From an uncultured Lachnospiraceae bacterium (lineage in GTDB: Bacteria; Bacillota; Clostridia; Lachnospirales; Lachnospiraceae): a DNA stretch of 64,000 nucleotides. The stretch covers positions 8,545 to 72,544 of the forward strand of contig CAJUBR010000003.1 of the NCBI GenBank assembly GCA_910584695.1, given 5' to 3'. This document shows, piece by piece, positions 27,093 to 37,152 of this stretch. The notes under the pieces are model-generated. The model did no database searches. It was given only the letters and a program-made list of their open reading frames with translations, and had not been told where the DNA came from. Both the position numbers and the translations under genes were made by a program. The stretch's first letter is position 1. Every line of letters starts with the position of its first letter.

Positions 27093-27821
27093 TTACTGTC
27101 CAATTCCCTTCGCACGTTTTTTTCTCTGTTCATCAAAAATAAACCGGATAATCTTTTCACGCAGCTTTTGTTCCATCTTCCAAAACATCAAATGGTGATC
27201 AAATAAAGTCGGATTTTTCTGGTTTCGCTCAGACCGGAGCAAAACAGCAAATGCATGAATTGTTTCTCTTTTATCATTCACTGTCAAATCAAAACATACC
27301 TGAAAAACGGAATTCCTTTCTTCTCTGAAAGAGGACACACACCAAATCCCACCACCACTCAAATCTAACATTGTGCCTCCTTTCCATTCCACCGTCACTT
27401 CATCTATATCACATCTTGCCTGTTCTTCCAACATTTTCTGCTCTACATCATTTAAAACATGATATTTTAACGGCTGCGTACAAGAAAGCCGAAAATATTC
27501 TCTTCTTTGAATCTTTTCCAAATCCGTTTTCTGGGTAATCTCCATTAAAAACAGTTCATCCTGCCGGTAACGTCCGGTCACCTCAACCTGACATTGCAGC
27601 AATCCTTTTTTTGAATAAAAAGTTGCATAAAACTCCTGTCCAATACCAAGAGGAATCACCTTTCCTTCCCTAATTGGCATGGAAACCAGATATTCCCCAC
27701 TTTGTGATTCATCCAGAACCTGACTGATATAAATAGGCAGTCTTTTATCCGGAGTCTCCGGCAAATCCGTTTCAATTTTCTTCAATTCCAGCTTATCACC
27801 AATGGTAATCATACTATCCAT
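27093..27821 (-). CDS. PilZ-domain flagellar brake protein (YcgR/MotI-like)
   Basis: 242 aa. PilZ motifs RREYFR (RxxxR) and DLSGGG (DxSxxG) follow a YcgR-N-like beta-barrel. Confidence 0.85.
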   Translation of the reverse strand: MDSMITIGDKLELKKIETDLPETPDKRLPIYISQVLDESQSGEYLVSMPIREGKVIPLGIGQEFYATFYSKKGLLQCQVEVTGRYRQDELFLMEITQKTDLEKIQRREYFRLSCTQPLKYHVLNDVEQKMLEEQARCDIDEVTVEWKGGTMLDLSGGGIWCVSSFREERNSVFQVCFDLTVNDKRETIHAFAVLLRSERNQKNPTLFDHHLMFWKMEQKLREKIIRFIFDEQRKKRAKGIGQ

Positions 27822-27826
27822 ATCCC

Positions 27827-28708
27827 TTAACCCCTATTCTTTTTCGATCTAATAAATTCAAGAAGTACCCTTGCAATTCCCATTTTCTTGTCTTCCTCAA
27901 AGGGAAGTTCCAACAAATTACTACAAATTTCCCTAATCCTGACTGCCGGCTCACTATTCGGCACACTGATGGAGATGGGACTTTGTTCAATTACACCGTC
28001 TCCCATTCTTTTATCCTGAGGAATATAACCCAGATAGTCCAACCGGATATTCAAAAACTTGGATACCACAATGCTGATTTTCTCATAGATTTCCCTTCCT
28101 TCCTCTTCACTTTCCACACGGTTTGTTATCACTTTGATGAATTTATTCTTCCTGTCAAACTCTTTGTTCCGGTTTACCGCCTTTAGCAGAGAGTATGCAT
28201 CTGTAATCGATGTAGGTTCCGGTGTTACAATCAGTAATACTTCCGGTGATGTCAATACAAATTCAAGAACGGAATCCGAGATTCCGGCACCGGTATCTAT
28301 GATCACCACATCATATAGATTATCCAGCTTAACCAGTTTCGCAATCAGCTTTTTTAACTGTCCCTTCTCCAGATTCACTAAATCCTGAACTCCGGACCCT
28401 CCTGAAATAAAACCGATTCCCATAGGACCTTCCGTAATGATCTCTTCGATTGTTCGGTTGTTAAAAACCAAATCCACTAAATTATACCGTGGGCGGATTC
28501 CCAGCATCACCTCAACATTTGCCAATCCGAAATCTGCATCTAAAATCACCACTTTTTCCCCTTGCTTTCTAAGTTCCAATGCAAGATTTACAGATACACT
28601 GGTTTTACCGACTCCGCCTTTTCCGCTGGTAACCGCTATGACTCTGGCAGATGAGGTCTTTTCCTTTAATAATTCCATTTTTTCTCGTAATTTATCTGCC
28701 TGATCCAT
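27827..28708 (-). CDS. flhG: Flagellar number regulator FlhG (MinD-type ATPase, YlxH)
   Basis: Deviant Walker A TSGKGGVGKTS. Positioned after flhF. Confidence 0.92.
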   Translation of the reverse strand: MDQADKLREKMELLKEKTSSARVIAVTSGKGGVGKTSVSVNLALELRKQGEKVVILDADFGLANVEVMLGIRPRYNLVDLVFNNRTIEEIITEGPMGIGFISGGSGVQDLVNLEKGQLKKLIAKLVKLDNLYDVVIIDTGAGISDSVLEFVLTSPEVLLIVTPEPTSITDAYSLLKAVNRNKEFDRKNKFIKVITNRVESEEEGREIYEKISIVVSKFLNIRLDYLGYIPQDKRMGDGVIEQSPISISVPNSEPAVRIREICSNLLELPFEEDKKMGIARVLLEFIRSKKNRG

Positions 28709-29984
28709 AGCCTTCGCCTCCTCCTAATACCTGTTTGGCGATAATCTGTGGATTCATCACCTCAATATCGTCGGGAACATTCTGTCCATAGGATATATAA
28801 GATAACGGCATCCCGGTATCGAGTTTAACGTTTAATATATTACCAATTGCACTGGTTTCATCTAATTTGGTAAAAATCAAGCTGTATTCTGTCATATCTT
28901 CATATAATGCAGTAATATTTTTCAAATCTGTATATTTTGTAGTTGCACTTAAAACCAAATAGGTTAAAATACTATACTTAGAAAATGCTTCAAATAATGC
29001 CTTTAAGTCATCAATCTGTGCTTTATTCTTATGAGAGCGCCCCGCTGTATCTACAAGAATATAATCATATTCCTTGTATTGGGGCAAAAATTCCTCCAAA
29101 TCCTTTGGTTCATATATAATTTCCACCGGAATTGATAAAATATTGGCATATGTCTTAATCTGTTCTACCGCAGCAATCCGATACGTATCTGCTGTAAAAA
29201 TCGCAATCTTTTTCTTTTCTTCTAAGATCAGTTTTGAAGAAAGCTTTGCAATTGTAGTTGTTTTACCTACTCCCGTTGGTCCTACAAAAAAAATCACCTT
29301 TGGTTTCTTATCCTCTTTATCAAAAGAAATCGGTTTTGTCTGCCCTAATTTTAGTATGATCTTTTGATAGACACAAGCCAACATATCGTCTAAAGTGCGG
29401 ATATTTCTGGCATGGGTAATTTCATCTAGAATCTGTTTTGCGTACGGATAAGAAACTTCACTATTTGTTAACTGCTCTATGATTAAGTCAATCGACTTAC
29501 TTTTCAGGCTATCCTTTTGGGAATCATCTTTTTTCTTCTCCTCAGGCTCTTTATCATCCTTAGCACTTTTATCATCCTCTTCTTTTGTTTCCTGTTTGAC
29601 TGATGCTTTGGAATCCATTTTCTTTTCCTCTATTTTTTGTGATTCAATCTGCTGCTCTAACAATTTAGCAAGACTGTTAAGCTTCTCTTCTAACTCCTTT
29701 TCCTCTTTGGCATCCGGGCTTTCTTTTTTTAGCTCCGGATGAAGTTTTTCATCAATCTGGGCATTAAACTGGGAAGATACTCCACTTTCTGTCTGTTTTT
29801 TCTCTTTATCGTTTGCTTCATCTACTGCCGCAGTTACTTCCACAACCGTTTTTCGAAACATCTTAAAAAGACCTTTGGGCTTCATCGTTTTAATATTCAT
29901 CACAATCGCATTATTTCCCAAATCTTCCTTTGCCAGCATAATTGCATCTGTCTCTGTATTTGCCCTAAATTTTTTAATTACCAT
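28692..29984 (-). CDS. flhF: Flagellar SRP-type GTPase FlhF
   Basis: GPTGVGKTTTIAKL and DTAGR GTPase motifs, with an acidic/lysine-rich B-domain. Confidence 0.92.
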   Translation of the reverse strand: MVIKKFRANTETDAIMLAKEDLGNNAIVMNIKTMKPKGLFKMFRKTVVEVTAAVDEANDKEKKQTESGVSSQFNAQIDEKLHPELKKESPDAKEEKELEEKLNSLAKLLEQQIESQKIEEKKMDSKASVKQETKEEDDKSAKDDKEPEEKKKDDSQKDSLKSKSIDLIIEQLTNSEVSYPYAKQILDEITHARNIRTLDDMLACVYQKIILKLGQTKPISFDKEDKKPKVIFFVGPTGVGKTTTIAKLSSKLILEEKKKIAIFTADTYRIAAVEQIKTYANILSIPVEIIYEPKDLEEFLPQYKEYDYILVDTAGRSHKNKAQIDDLKALFEAFSKYSILTYLVLSATTKYTDLKNITALYEDMTEYSLIFTKLDETSAIGNILNVKLDTGMPLSYISYGQNVPDDIEVMNPQIIAKQVLGGGEGYGSGR

Positions 29985-32037
29985 TGATTGTCACCACCCC
30001 GATCGATTGTAATTCAATATCTGATTCAATCTCATTATATGATACTACAATTAAATCCTTAAAATATTCCTTCGTCAATTTTTTAAAATACACTCTTACA
30101 ATTGGAGAGGTAATAATAATTGGTGCCTTTCCCTGATTCTCCAATTTCTTTATTTCCGCTTCCACAGAATTCAGTATCTTTTTTGTCTTTGCAGGGTCTA
30201 ATGTAATATATGCTCCCTGTTCTGTCTGTTTGACAGAATCCATAATATCTTGTTCCACTTTAGGATCCAGTGTTACAACCGTTGTCATCTCCCCTTCTGC
30301 AAAATATGTGTTAGAGATAGCACGTTTCAGACGCTGCCTTACATATTCCGTTAAAACATCCGTATCCCTTGTAGTGGAAGCATAGTCTGCCAATGTCTCA
30401 AAAATTGTAACCGAATCCCGAATGGAAATCCCCTCTGAAAGCAGATTTTGTAATACCTTTTGAATTTCTCCTGCCCCAAGCAGTTTCGGAACCAATTCTT
30501 CCACCAGCGTCTGATTGCTCTCCTTCACATTGTTAATCAGGTTCTGTACATCCTGTCTTGTCATCAATTCGTCTAAGTGACTTTTAATAATTTCCGTCAA
30601 ATGCGTTGCAATAATGGACGGTGGGTCAACAACGGTATATCCCATTGACTCCGCACGTTCACGCTGTGCTTCTGTAATCCAGATTGCAGGAAGGTGAAAG
30701 GAAGGTTCAAACGTCGGTATACCGGTAATTTCTTCTTCTACATATCCCGGATTCATTGCCATATAATGATCAAAAAGAATTTCTCCTTCACTTATCTGTA
30801 TTCCTTTTATCTTAATAATATACTGGTTCGGATTCAGCTGAATATTATCCCGTAACCGGATAATCGGTACCACCGCACCCAGCTCCAGTGCAATCTGCCT
30901 TCTTATCATAACAACACGGTCTAAAAGATCACCACCCTGATTCACATCCGCAAGAGGAATGATACCATATCCAAATTCCAATTCAATCGGATCTACCTGT
31001 AATAATGCATTCACATTTTCGTGCCTGCGAATTTCGTCTGCCTGCACATCCTCTTCCCTTACTTCCTCTTCAATGGCCTCTACTTCCTGTGAATGTTCAA
31101 CCAATCTTCCAAGTACGATTATTCCAAGCCCCATAGCCAGATAAATCAGAATTCTCCCCTGCTGTCTAAGAGGTGTAAAAACACCAAGAAAGCACAGAGC
31201 ACCTCCCACCATATAAAGTACCTTTGGCACATGGAACAACTGTCCCATCATAATATCTCCAATATTACTTGATTCGGAAGCCTTTGTAACAAGTATACCG
31301 GTTGCAATGGAAATCAGCATAGACGGTATCTGGGAAACCAATCCGTCACCAATTGTCAAAATCGTATATTTTGACAAAGCTTCTGAAAGTTCAAGTCCCT
31401 GCATCATAACTCCCAGCACAATGCCTCCAACCAGGTTGACCAGTGTGATAATAAGACCCGCTATCGCATCACCCTTTACATACTTCGTAGCACCATCCAT
31501 AGAGCCAAAGAAAGCAGACTCCTGTTGAATCTTATCCCTGCGTTCCTGTGCCTCCTTATCGGTAATCGCACCTGTATTTAAGTCCGCATCAATTGACATC
31601 TGTTTTCCCGGCATTGCGTCCAGTGTAAATCTTGCTGTAACCTCAGATACACGTTCAGAACCTTTATTGATTACGACCATCTGCACAATTACTAATACAA
31701 TAAAAATAATCGTACCGATTACCAGATTTCCTCCGCCAACAAAGTTTCCGAATGTCTCTACTACAACGCCTGGATCTCCGGTTGAAAGAATCAATCTGGT
31801 AGACGATACATTTAATGAAATTCTAAAAAGCGTAGCAAACAAAAGAATCGTAGGAAAGCTTGACATTGCCAAAGTATCTTTTGCATAAAGACAGTTAAAT
31901 AAAATAACCAATGCTACCATAAGATTGAAAGTAATCAGTAAATCAAGTAATATAGAAGGAATCGGCATAATGAAAAAGATAACTGCTGCTAATAAATACA
32001 AGCCTACATACAAATCCGTCTTTTTCATCTTTTTCAC
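29974..32037 (-). CDS. flhA: Flagellar export gate protein FlhA
   Basis: 687 aa, with an N-terminal 8-TM domain plus a cytoplasmic domain. The FHVPK-type loop and the order after flhB fit FlhA. Confidence 0.95.
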   Translation of the reverse strand: MKKMKKTDLYVGLYLLAAVIFFIMPIPSILLDLLITFNLMVALVILFNCLYAKDTLAMSSFPTILLFATLFRISLNVSSTRLILSTGDPGVVVETFGNFVGGGNLVIGTIIFIVLVIVQMVVINKGSERVSEVTARFTLDAMPGKQMSIDADLNTGAITDKEAQERRDKIQQESAFFGSMDGATKYVKGDAIAGLIITLVNLVGGIVLGVMMQGLELSEALSKYTILTIGDGLVSQIPSMLISIATGILVTKASESSNIGDIMMGQLFHVPKVLYMVGGALCFLGVFTPLRQQGRILIYLAMGLGIIVLGRLVEHSQEVEAIEEEVREEDVQADEIRRHENVNALLQVDPIELEFGYGIIPLADVNQGGDLLDRVVMIRRQIALELGAVVPIIRLRDNIQLNPNQYIIKIKGIQISEGEILFDHYMAMNPGYVEEEITGIPTFEPSFHLPAIWITEAQRERAESMGYTVVDPPSIIATHLTEIIKSHLDELMTRQDVQNLINNVKESNQTLVEELVPKLLGAGEIQKVLQNLLSEGISIRDSVTIFETLADYASTTRDTDVLTEYVRQRLKRAISNTYFAEGEMTTVVTLDPKVEQDIMDSVKQTEQGAYITLDPAKTKKILNSVEAEIKKLENQGKAPIIITSPIVRVYFKKLTKEYFKDLIVVSYNEIESDIELQSIGVVTINGN

Positions 32038-32082
32038 ACCTCCTACTCTTTTTTCTATAGAATCTATAAATATATATAATCA

Positions 32083-33216
32083 CTAACTAACCCTGTTATG
32101 AAGCTGATATACATAAGCAAGAACTTCCGCCACTGCCTGATAAAGCTCAGGGGGAATCTCTGCTCCCACATCAACATTGTAATATAACATTCTTGCAAGG
32201 GGTTTATTCTCTACAATCTCAACCTGATGCTCTTTTGCAATCTCCTTGATTCTTCCTGCTAAGAAATCCGCACCTTTTGCTACGACGACCGGTGCCTGCC
32301 CCTGTCCTGACTTATAAGACAACGCCACCGCAAAATGAGTGGGATTGGTGATCACAACATCCGCTTCCGGAATTGCAGACATCATTCTCTGCCGTGCAGC
32401 CTGCATCATTTTCTGTTTTTGCTGCCCTTTTACCTTAGGATCTCCCTCCTGATTCTTGTATTCATCCTTCACTTCCTGTTTGGTCATCTTATTATCCTGT
32501 TTAAATTTCCATCGTTGAAACATCAAATCAATAACGGCAATCAGACAAAACAGAATACAGATTTTAATTCCTAATTCCATAACAATATCATACATCAGCA
32601 AAATACTCTGCTTTAATGAAATATCATAAATCAAATACAAGTCCTTAGCATGTTCCGAAAAAACACCATACACCAGATAGGAAATCACTACGACTTTCAC
32701 AAGGGACTTTAAAAACTCCATTAGCGTATTTAACGAAAAAATTCTTTTAAATCCATTTATTGGATTCATTTTACTAAATTTCGGCTGCAATGGCTTTGAT
32801 GTTACCTGAAATTTAAACTGAAATGTATTACTAAAAAGTGCAACTAAAAAGCCAATTAATAAGAACGGCAGAATCATGATCGAAATACTTGTAATTCCTT
32901 TCAGCATCAGAAAAGAAAAGTCAACTGTTTCAATTTCACCTTCTGCATATCTGGGGATTAACTGGTAAAAATCAGAAAAAGATTTCAGCATCCGGTTACC
33001 TATAAATCCTATTATCAGTTTAAAACTTACAAACAATGCCAAAAGCGAAGCTGCTGTCGGAACCTCCCTGCTTTTTGCCACATTACCTTCCTTACGGACA
33101 TCCTGTAGTTTTTTAGCAGTTGCATTTTCTGTTTTTTCTCCGCCAGGTCCTTCCTTTGCAAACATCTGAAGATCCAGTGGTATTTGTATTTTGTAGTTAT
33201 ATTCCATTTGTATCAA
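32083..33216 (-). CDS. flhB: Flagellar export switch protein FlhB
   Basis: NPTHFAVAL autocleavage motif, 4 TM helices, and an N-terminal LDLQMFA...[12 protein letters not shown] segment. Confidence 0.93.
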   Translation of the reverse strand: MIQMEYNYKIQIPLDLQMFAKEGPGGEKTENATAKKLQDVRKEGNVAKSREVPTAASLLALFVSFKLIIGFIGNRMLKSFSDFYQLIPRYAEGEIETVDFSFLMLKGITSISIMILPFLLIGFLVALFSNTFQFKFQVTSKPLQPKFSKMNPINGFKRIFSLNTLMEFLKSLVKVVVISYLVYGVFSEHAKDLYLIYDISLKQSILLMYDIVMELGIKICILFCLIAVIDLMFQRWKFKQDNKMTKQEVKDEYKNQEGDPKVKGQQKQKMMQAARQRMMSAIPEADVVITNPTHFAVALSYKSGQGQAPVVVAKGADFLAGRIKEIAKEHQVEIVENKPLARMLYYNVDVGAEIPPELYQAVAEVLAYVYQLHNRVS

Positions 33217-33250
33217 TACCTCACATCCGCAAAAATGCCATGCTTTTGTC

Positions 33251-34033
33251 TCAGGTTACAAATGCCTGCAGTACATCTACCACAACATCCTGCATTTGAT
33301 GATAAACAAATTCTGTTATATTAGGCAAAAAAGACAGGGTAGCAAACATAACAGCGAAACCTGCAAAAATTTTCAACTGGATACCAATCGCAAACATATT
33401 CATCTGCGGTGCCGTTTTTGCCAAAACGCCTAATACTACATTTAACAACATAATCGATATCATAACCGGAAGACCAATCCGGATTGCAATCATAAAATAA
33501 TTTGTTATATATCCGATCATGGTATCATAAAGGATACCCGAATCAACGACAACATGTCCGATTGGAATCATTTCAAAGGAATCCGACAATGCAGAAAGAA
33601 TAAAGTAATGCATATTGGTACACAGCATGATAAGCATTACGAGCATACTGTAATACTCGGCTGTAATCGTTGTTTCCGTGTTAAATGTCATATCAAAATT
33701 GGAAACCATGGAAAACCCGATTTCCCGGTCTATAAACTGACCCGCCATATTAATGATCGTCAGTGCAATACTTGTAGTAAATCCCAGCGTCAATCCTACA
33801 AGCAGTTCCTTTAGTAAAATCACGGTATATTCCACAAATGAAGTATATTCAAGCGGAACATATGGATTTGCTGCAATCATTGCATAAGATATTGCAAGAC
33901 CAAGTATCAGTCTGGCTCTTCTGGTTACTGTCACATTACCAAAAATAGGAGCATAGGCAATCACTCCCAACACCCTGACTAAAACTGCCAGATCGTATTC
34001 CAAACGCTGGATGGAAAAAGACTGTTCAATCAT
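33251..34033 (-). CDS. fliR: Flagellar export protein FliR
   Basis: 260 aa, polytopic, lying between fliQ and flhB. Confidence 0.9.
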   Translation of the reverse strand: MIEQSFSIQRLEYDLAVLVRVLGVIAYAPIFGNVTVTRRARLILGLAISYAMIAANPYVPLEYTSFVEYTVILLKELLVGLTLGFTTSIALTIINMAGQFIDREIGFSMVSNFDMTFNTETTITAEYYSMLVMLIMLCTNMHYFILSALSDSFEMIPIGHVVVDSGILYDTMIGYITNYFMIAIRIGLPVMISIMLLNVVLGVLAKTAPQMNMFAIGIQLKIFAGFAVMFATLSFLPNITEFVYHQMQDVVVDVLQAFVT

Positions 34034-34036
34034 ATG

Positions 34037-34306
34037 CTACCCCACATATGCAGAAAATTTTTCAAATAACCGAGCCATAAATGTTACGATATTGTCCATA
34101 ATCCAACCACCGCATATAATAAGTGTAATAAAAATACTTAGTATTTTGGGTACAAAGGTCAAAGTCTGCTCCTGAATCGAAGTCACCGTCTGAAAAATAC
34201 TGATAACAAGACCTACTACCAAAGATACCAGCAACAGCGGAGCTGAACATTTTATTATCAGCCATAGTGCTTCTCTTGCAATGTCGATTACTTCTGCTGA
34301 ACTCAT
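34037..34306 (-). CDS. fliQ: Flagellar export protein FliQ
   Basis: 89 aa from the ATG at 34306 (GGAAG 7 nt upstream; the track start at 34312 is a GTG). It has two TM helices and a typical FliQ sequence. Confidence 0.9.
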   Translation of the reverse strand: MSSAEVIDIAREALWLIIKCSAPLLLVSLVVGLVISIFQTVTSIQEQTLTFVPKILSIFITLIICGGWIMDNIVTFMARLFEKFSAYVG

Positions 34307-34335
34307 TTTCACACTTCCAATCTAATAAAATAACG

Positions 34336-35196
34336 TCAGTAGTTAAAACTTTTAATTACTTCCCCAATCACCAGATTCCAGCCATCTGCCATCACAAACA
34401 ACAGAATCTTAAACGGCATGGAAATTGTGGTTGGCGGCAGCATCATCATACCCATTGCCATCAAAGTAGATGCCACAACCATATCAATTACGATAAAGGG
34501 AATATAAAGAAGAAAACCAATCATAAAAGACTTCCTAAGTTCTCCCAAAATAAACGACGGTATCAAAACAGAATTCGGAATATCTGTTATCTCTTCAATC
34601 TTATCTATTTTGGCTAAATCCAGAAAAAAATTAATATCCTCTTTCTCTGCATTATTAAACATAAAATCTCTTAACGGTTCCATACATGCTTTAAGCCCCT
34701 CCTCCTGTGTGATTTCTCCTCTTGATAAAGGTCCAATTCCCTCTTTATTAATTCTGTCCAGAGTAGGACTCATAATGAAAAGAGTTAAAAACAAGGCTAG
34801 CCCTATCAATACATTATTAGGAGGCGCCGACTGAGTACCCAAAGCCGTCCTCAAAAAATGAAAGACGACAATAATCCTCGTAAACGACGTCATCATAATA
34901 ATAATTGATGGAGCCAGAGAAATAACAGTAATCACCAACAGCATCTGAAGGGTTCCGGCAAGCGTGCCTTCATCATTATTCGTATCTACAGTAACACCAA
35001 AGGAAAACGGAACATCGTTTTCCAGATTGTTCACTGCATCTTCATTTGTTACGCCCTCTGTCGTACCAGTTGCCTGAACATGATATCCGGCACATAAAAC
35101 AATAAAGATAATAAAATACGCAACTATAAACTTTTTAATATGGATATGTTCCAGTATTCTTTTTTTAATTTGATTTGTTTTTTTCTTGTTTTTCAT
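34336..35196 (-). CDS. fliP: Flagellar export protein FliP (long N-terminal signal/linker)
   Basis: The conserved core is LLVITVISLAPSIIIMMTSFTRIIVVFHFLRTALG...PPNNVLIGLALFLT. Confidence 0.93.
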   Translation of the reverse strand: MKNKKKTNQIKKRILEHIHIKKFIVAYFIIFIVLCAGYHVQATGTTEGVTNEDAVNNLENDVPFSFGVTVDTNNDEGTLAGTLQMLLVITVISLAPSIIIMMTSFTRIIVVFHFLRTALGTQSAPPNNVLIGLALFLTLFIMSPTLDRINKEGIGPLSRGEITQEEGLKACMEPLRDFMFNNAEKEDINFFLDLAKIDKIEEITDIPNSVLIPSFILGELRKSFMIGFLLYIPFIVIDMVVASTLMAMGMMMLPPTTISMPFKILLFVMADGWNLVIGEVIKSFNY

Positions 35197-35551
35197 GTTT
35201 TATTTTGTCCAATATACTATTAAAATCAATCGGTTTCAATGATACTTCCTGTTCCTTTATTTCAGATTCATCCAACTCTGATAACACAGTAATGCTATCC
35301 TTACAGACAGCTAATGCAAGATAACGGTTGCCAATCTTTACAATCTCAACCATCTTATTATTCGACAATCGAAAGGCTTCTATTACTTGAATATTACTGC
35401 GCTTGTTCAAAACATTAGACTGAAAACTCCCGGCAAATCTTGCTGCTACATAAGCCAGAAAAAGAACAAAAAGGAACAACAAAACAGAACAAATCAGTTG
35501 TCCAATACTTTTCAAATCTGAAGTTGATTGAACTAAGACCATATTACTCAA
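35165..35551 (-). CDS. fliO: Flagellar biosynthesis protein FliO/FliZ
   Basis: 128 aa with a single TM helix, positioned between cheY and fliP. Confidence 0.8.
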   Translation of the reverse strand: MSNMVLVQSTSDLKSIGQLICSVLLFLFVLFLAYVAARFAGSFQSNVLNKRSNIQVIEAFRLSNNKMVEIVKIGNRYLALAVCKDSITVLSELDESEIKEQEVSLKPIDFNSILDKIKHEKQEKNKSN

Positions 35552-35906
35552 CTGCTTTCTTTACAGCTTCTAAAACTCTGTCTGGCTGGAATGGTTTTAC
35601 AATAAAGTCTCTTGCACCGGACTGAATGCTTTCAATAACCATAGCCTGCTGTCCCATTGCTGAACACATAACAATACTTGCATTCGGATCAGACTCTTTA
35701 ATCTTCTTTAATGCTTGAATTCCATCCATCTCTGGCATTGTAATATCCATTAATACAAGATCCGGCTGTGTTTCAGCATACTTTTCTACTGCTTTTGCTC
35801 CATTCTCTGCTTCACCAGCAATCGTATAGCCGTTCTTAACTAAAATGTCTTTAATCATCATTCTCATAAAAGCTGCATCATCACATATTAAAATACTCTT
35901 TGCCAT
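35544..35906 (-). CDS. cheY: Chemotaxis response regulator CheY
   Basis: 120 aa. ILICDDAAFMR, LVLMDITMPEMDG and FIVKPF are present. Confidence 0.95.
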   Translation of the reverse strand: MAKSILICDDAAFMRMMIKDILVKNGYTIAGEAENGAKAVEKYAETQPDLVLMDITMPEMDGIQALKKIKESDPNASIVMCSAMGQQAMVIESIQSGARDFIVKPFQPDRVLEAVKKAVE

Positions 35907-35936
35907 ATCACTTTCTCCATTTCATATAATAATTTA

Positions 35937-37148
35937 TTATTTAATAATTTCTGTTACCCTTATACCAAAACTTTCTTCAATGACAACTACTTCGCCTTTC
36001 GCCACAAGCTTACCGTTTACCAAAACATCAATCGGTTCTCCGGCTATTTTCTCTAACTCAATTATGGTTCCTGGCGTAAATTCCAGAATCTCTTTTATCG
36101 ATTTGCTAGTTCTTCCTAACTCAACTGTAACCTCTAACGGAACATCCATAATCAAATCAATATTTTCCTGTTGTGTAATCGGATTCACACTTGCACTAAA
36201 TGGCTGGAACTGAACCGGTTGTACATTAACATCCTGCATAGGAGGTGCATAACCATATGGCATTCCCTGCCCCATCATCGGCTGTCCCATCGGCATTCCC
36301 TGATTCATCATTGGCTGCCCCATTGGCATTCCCTGATTCATCATCGGCTGTCCCATCGGCGTACCCTGATTCATCATCGGCTGCCCTGTCATGGACATAT
36401 CATTTGTCTGCGTCGGTGCCTGCTGTTCCACTGGTTTAGCATCTTCCTGAACGGTTTCGGATTCTTTTGTCGAAGCAAATTTTGCATATAATTCTCTTGC
36501 TAAATCAATCGGATATAGCTGCATAATACTGCTGTCTACCAAGTCACCGATTTCCATTCTAAAATAAACTTTGACAATTGGCTGATCTCGAAGCACCCCA
36601 AATTTGTCTGCTTCAAATTCATCCGTCAGATTCACCACTTCTGCTGAAGGTGGTGAAATATCTACCTTTTGATTCAACATGGAAGACAATGAAGTAGCTG
36701 ACGATCCCATCATTTGATTCATCGCTTCACATATTGCACTTAAATGTAACTCCGATAATTCATCTACTAAATTAGTACCGTCTCCTCCCATCATTAAATC
36801 TGTTATTACTTTAACATCATCTTCACAAAGAATCAAGACATTACTTCCTTCAATTCCCTCCTTATATGATATATCAATAAAAACACAGGGTTTTTCATGA
36901 TCGGCCACGAGCTCATCCCAATTGCAGATTGATACAGTCGGTGTCGTAATCGTTACTTTCTGATTCACAAGGGAATAAAGCGTAGTTGCTGCTGTTCCCA
37001 TACAAATATTTGAAATTTCTCCAATTGCATCACACTCCTGTGTGCTTAGAGAATCGCCTTTATCAGAACCTGGAGCCGCATCACTACTGTCACCGGATGT
37101 ATTGCCTAGTAATGCATTTATCTCTTCCTGTGATAACATTCCATCCAT
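35937..37148 (-). CDS. fliY: Flagellar switch protein/phosphatase FliY (CheC-like plus FliN domains) with a Met/Gln/Pro/Gly repeat linker
   Basis: N-terminal LSQEEINALL, a CheC-like core (EISNICMGTAAT), and a C-terminal FliN/SpoA domain (VELGRTSKSIKEILEFTPGTIIELEK). Confidence 0.92.
   Translation of the reverse strand: MDGMLSQEEINALLGNTSGDSSDAAPGSDKGDSLSTQECDAIGEISNICMGTAATTLYSLVNQKVTITTPTVSICNWDELVADHEKPCVFIDISYKEGIEGSNVLILCEDDVKVITDLMMGGDGTNLVDELSELHLSAICEAMNQMMGSSATSLSSMLNQKVDISPPSAEVVNLTDEFEADKFGVLRDQPIVKVYFRMEIGDLVDSSIMQLYPIDLARELYAKFASTKESETVQEDAKPVEQQAPTQTNDMSMTGQPMMNQGTPMGQPMMNQGMPMGQPMMNQGMPMGQPMMGQGMPYGYAPPMQDVNVQPVQFQPFSASVNPITQQENIDLIMDVPLEVTVELGRTSKSIKEILEFTPGTIIELEKIAGEPIDVLVNGKLVAKGEVVVIEESFGIRVTEIIK
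36254..36386 (-). repeat. In-frame 33-nt tandem repeat (about 4 units) inside fliY
   Basis: Units run 36288-36320, 36321-36353 and 36354-36386, plus a variant unit at 36254-36287. Together they encode MTGQPMMNQGTP-MGQPMMNQGMP-MGQPMMNQGMP-MGQPMMGQGMP. Confidence 0.9.
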
Positions 37149-37152
37149 GTTC

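Noticed and set aside
34062-34265. Nested same-strand alternative-frame ORFs. Examples: 34062..34265 in fliQ, 21820..22035 in fliA, 50155..50355 in fliF, 54105..54335 in topA, 55989..56186 in dprA, 47888..48073 in fliH, 7138..7344 and 1214..1399.
   Set aside because: All are fully inside well-supported genes, lack an RBS, and have odd composition. They are statistical by-products.
36254-36386. Regular 33-nt repeats checked as a possible CRISPR-like or mini-satellite array.
   Set aside because: The units are contiguous with no spacers, are in frame, and lie within fliY. This is a coding tandem repeat.
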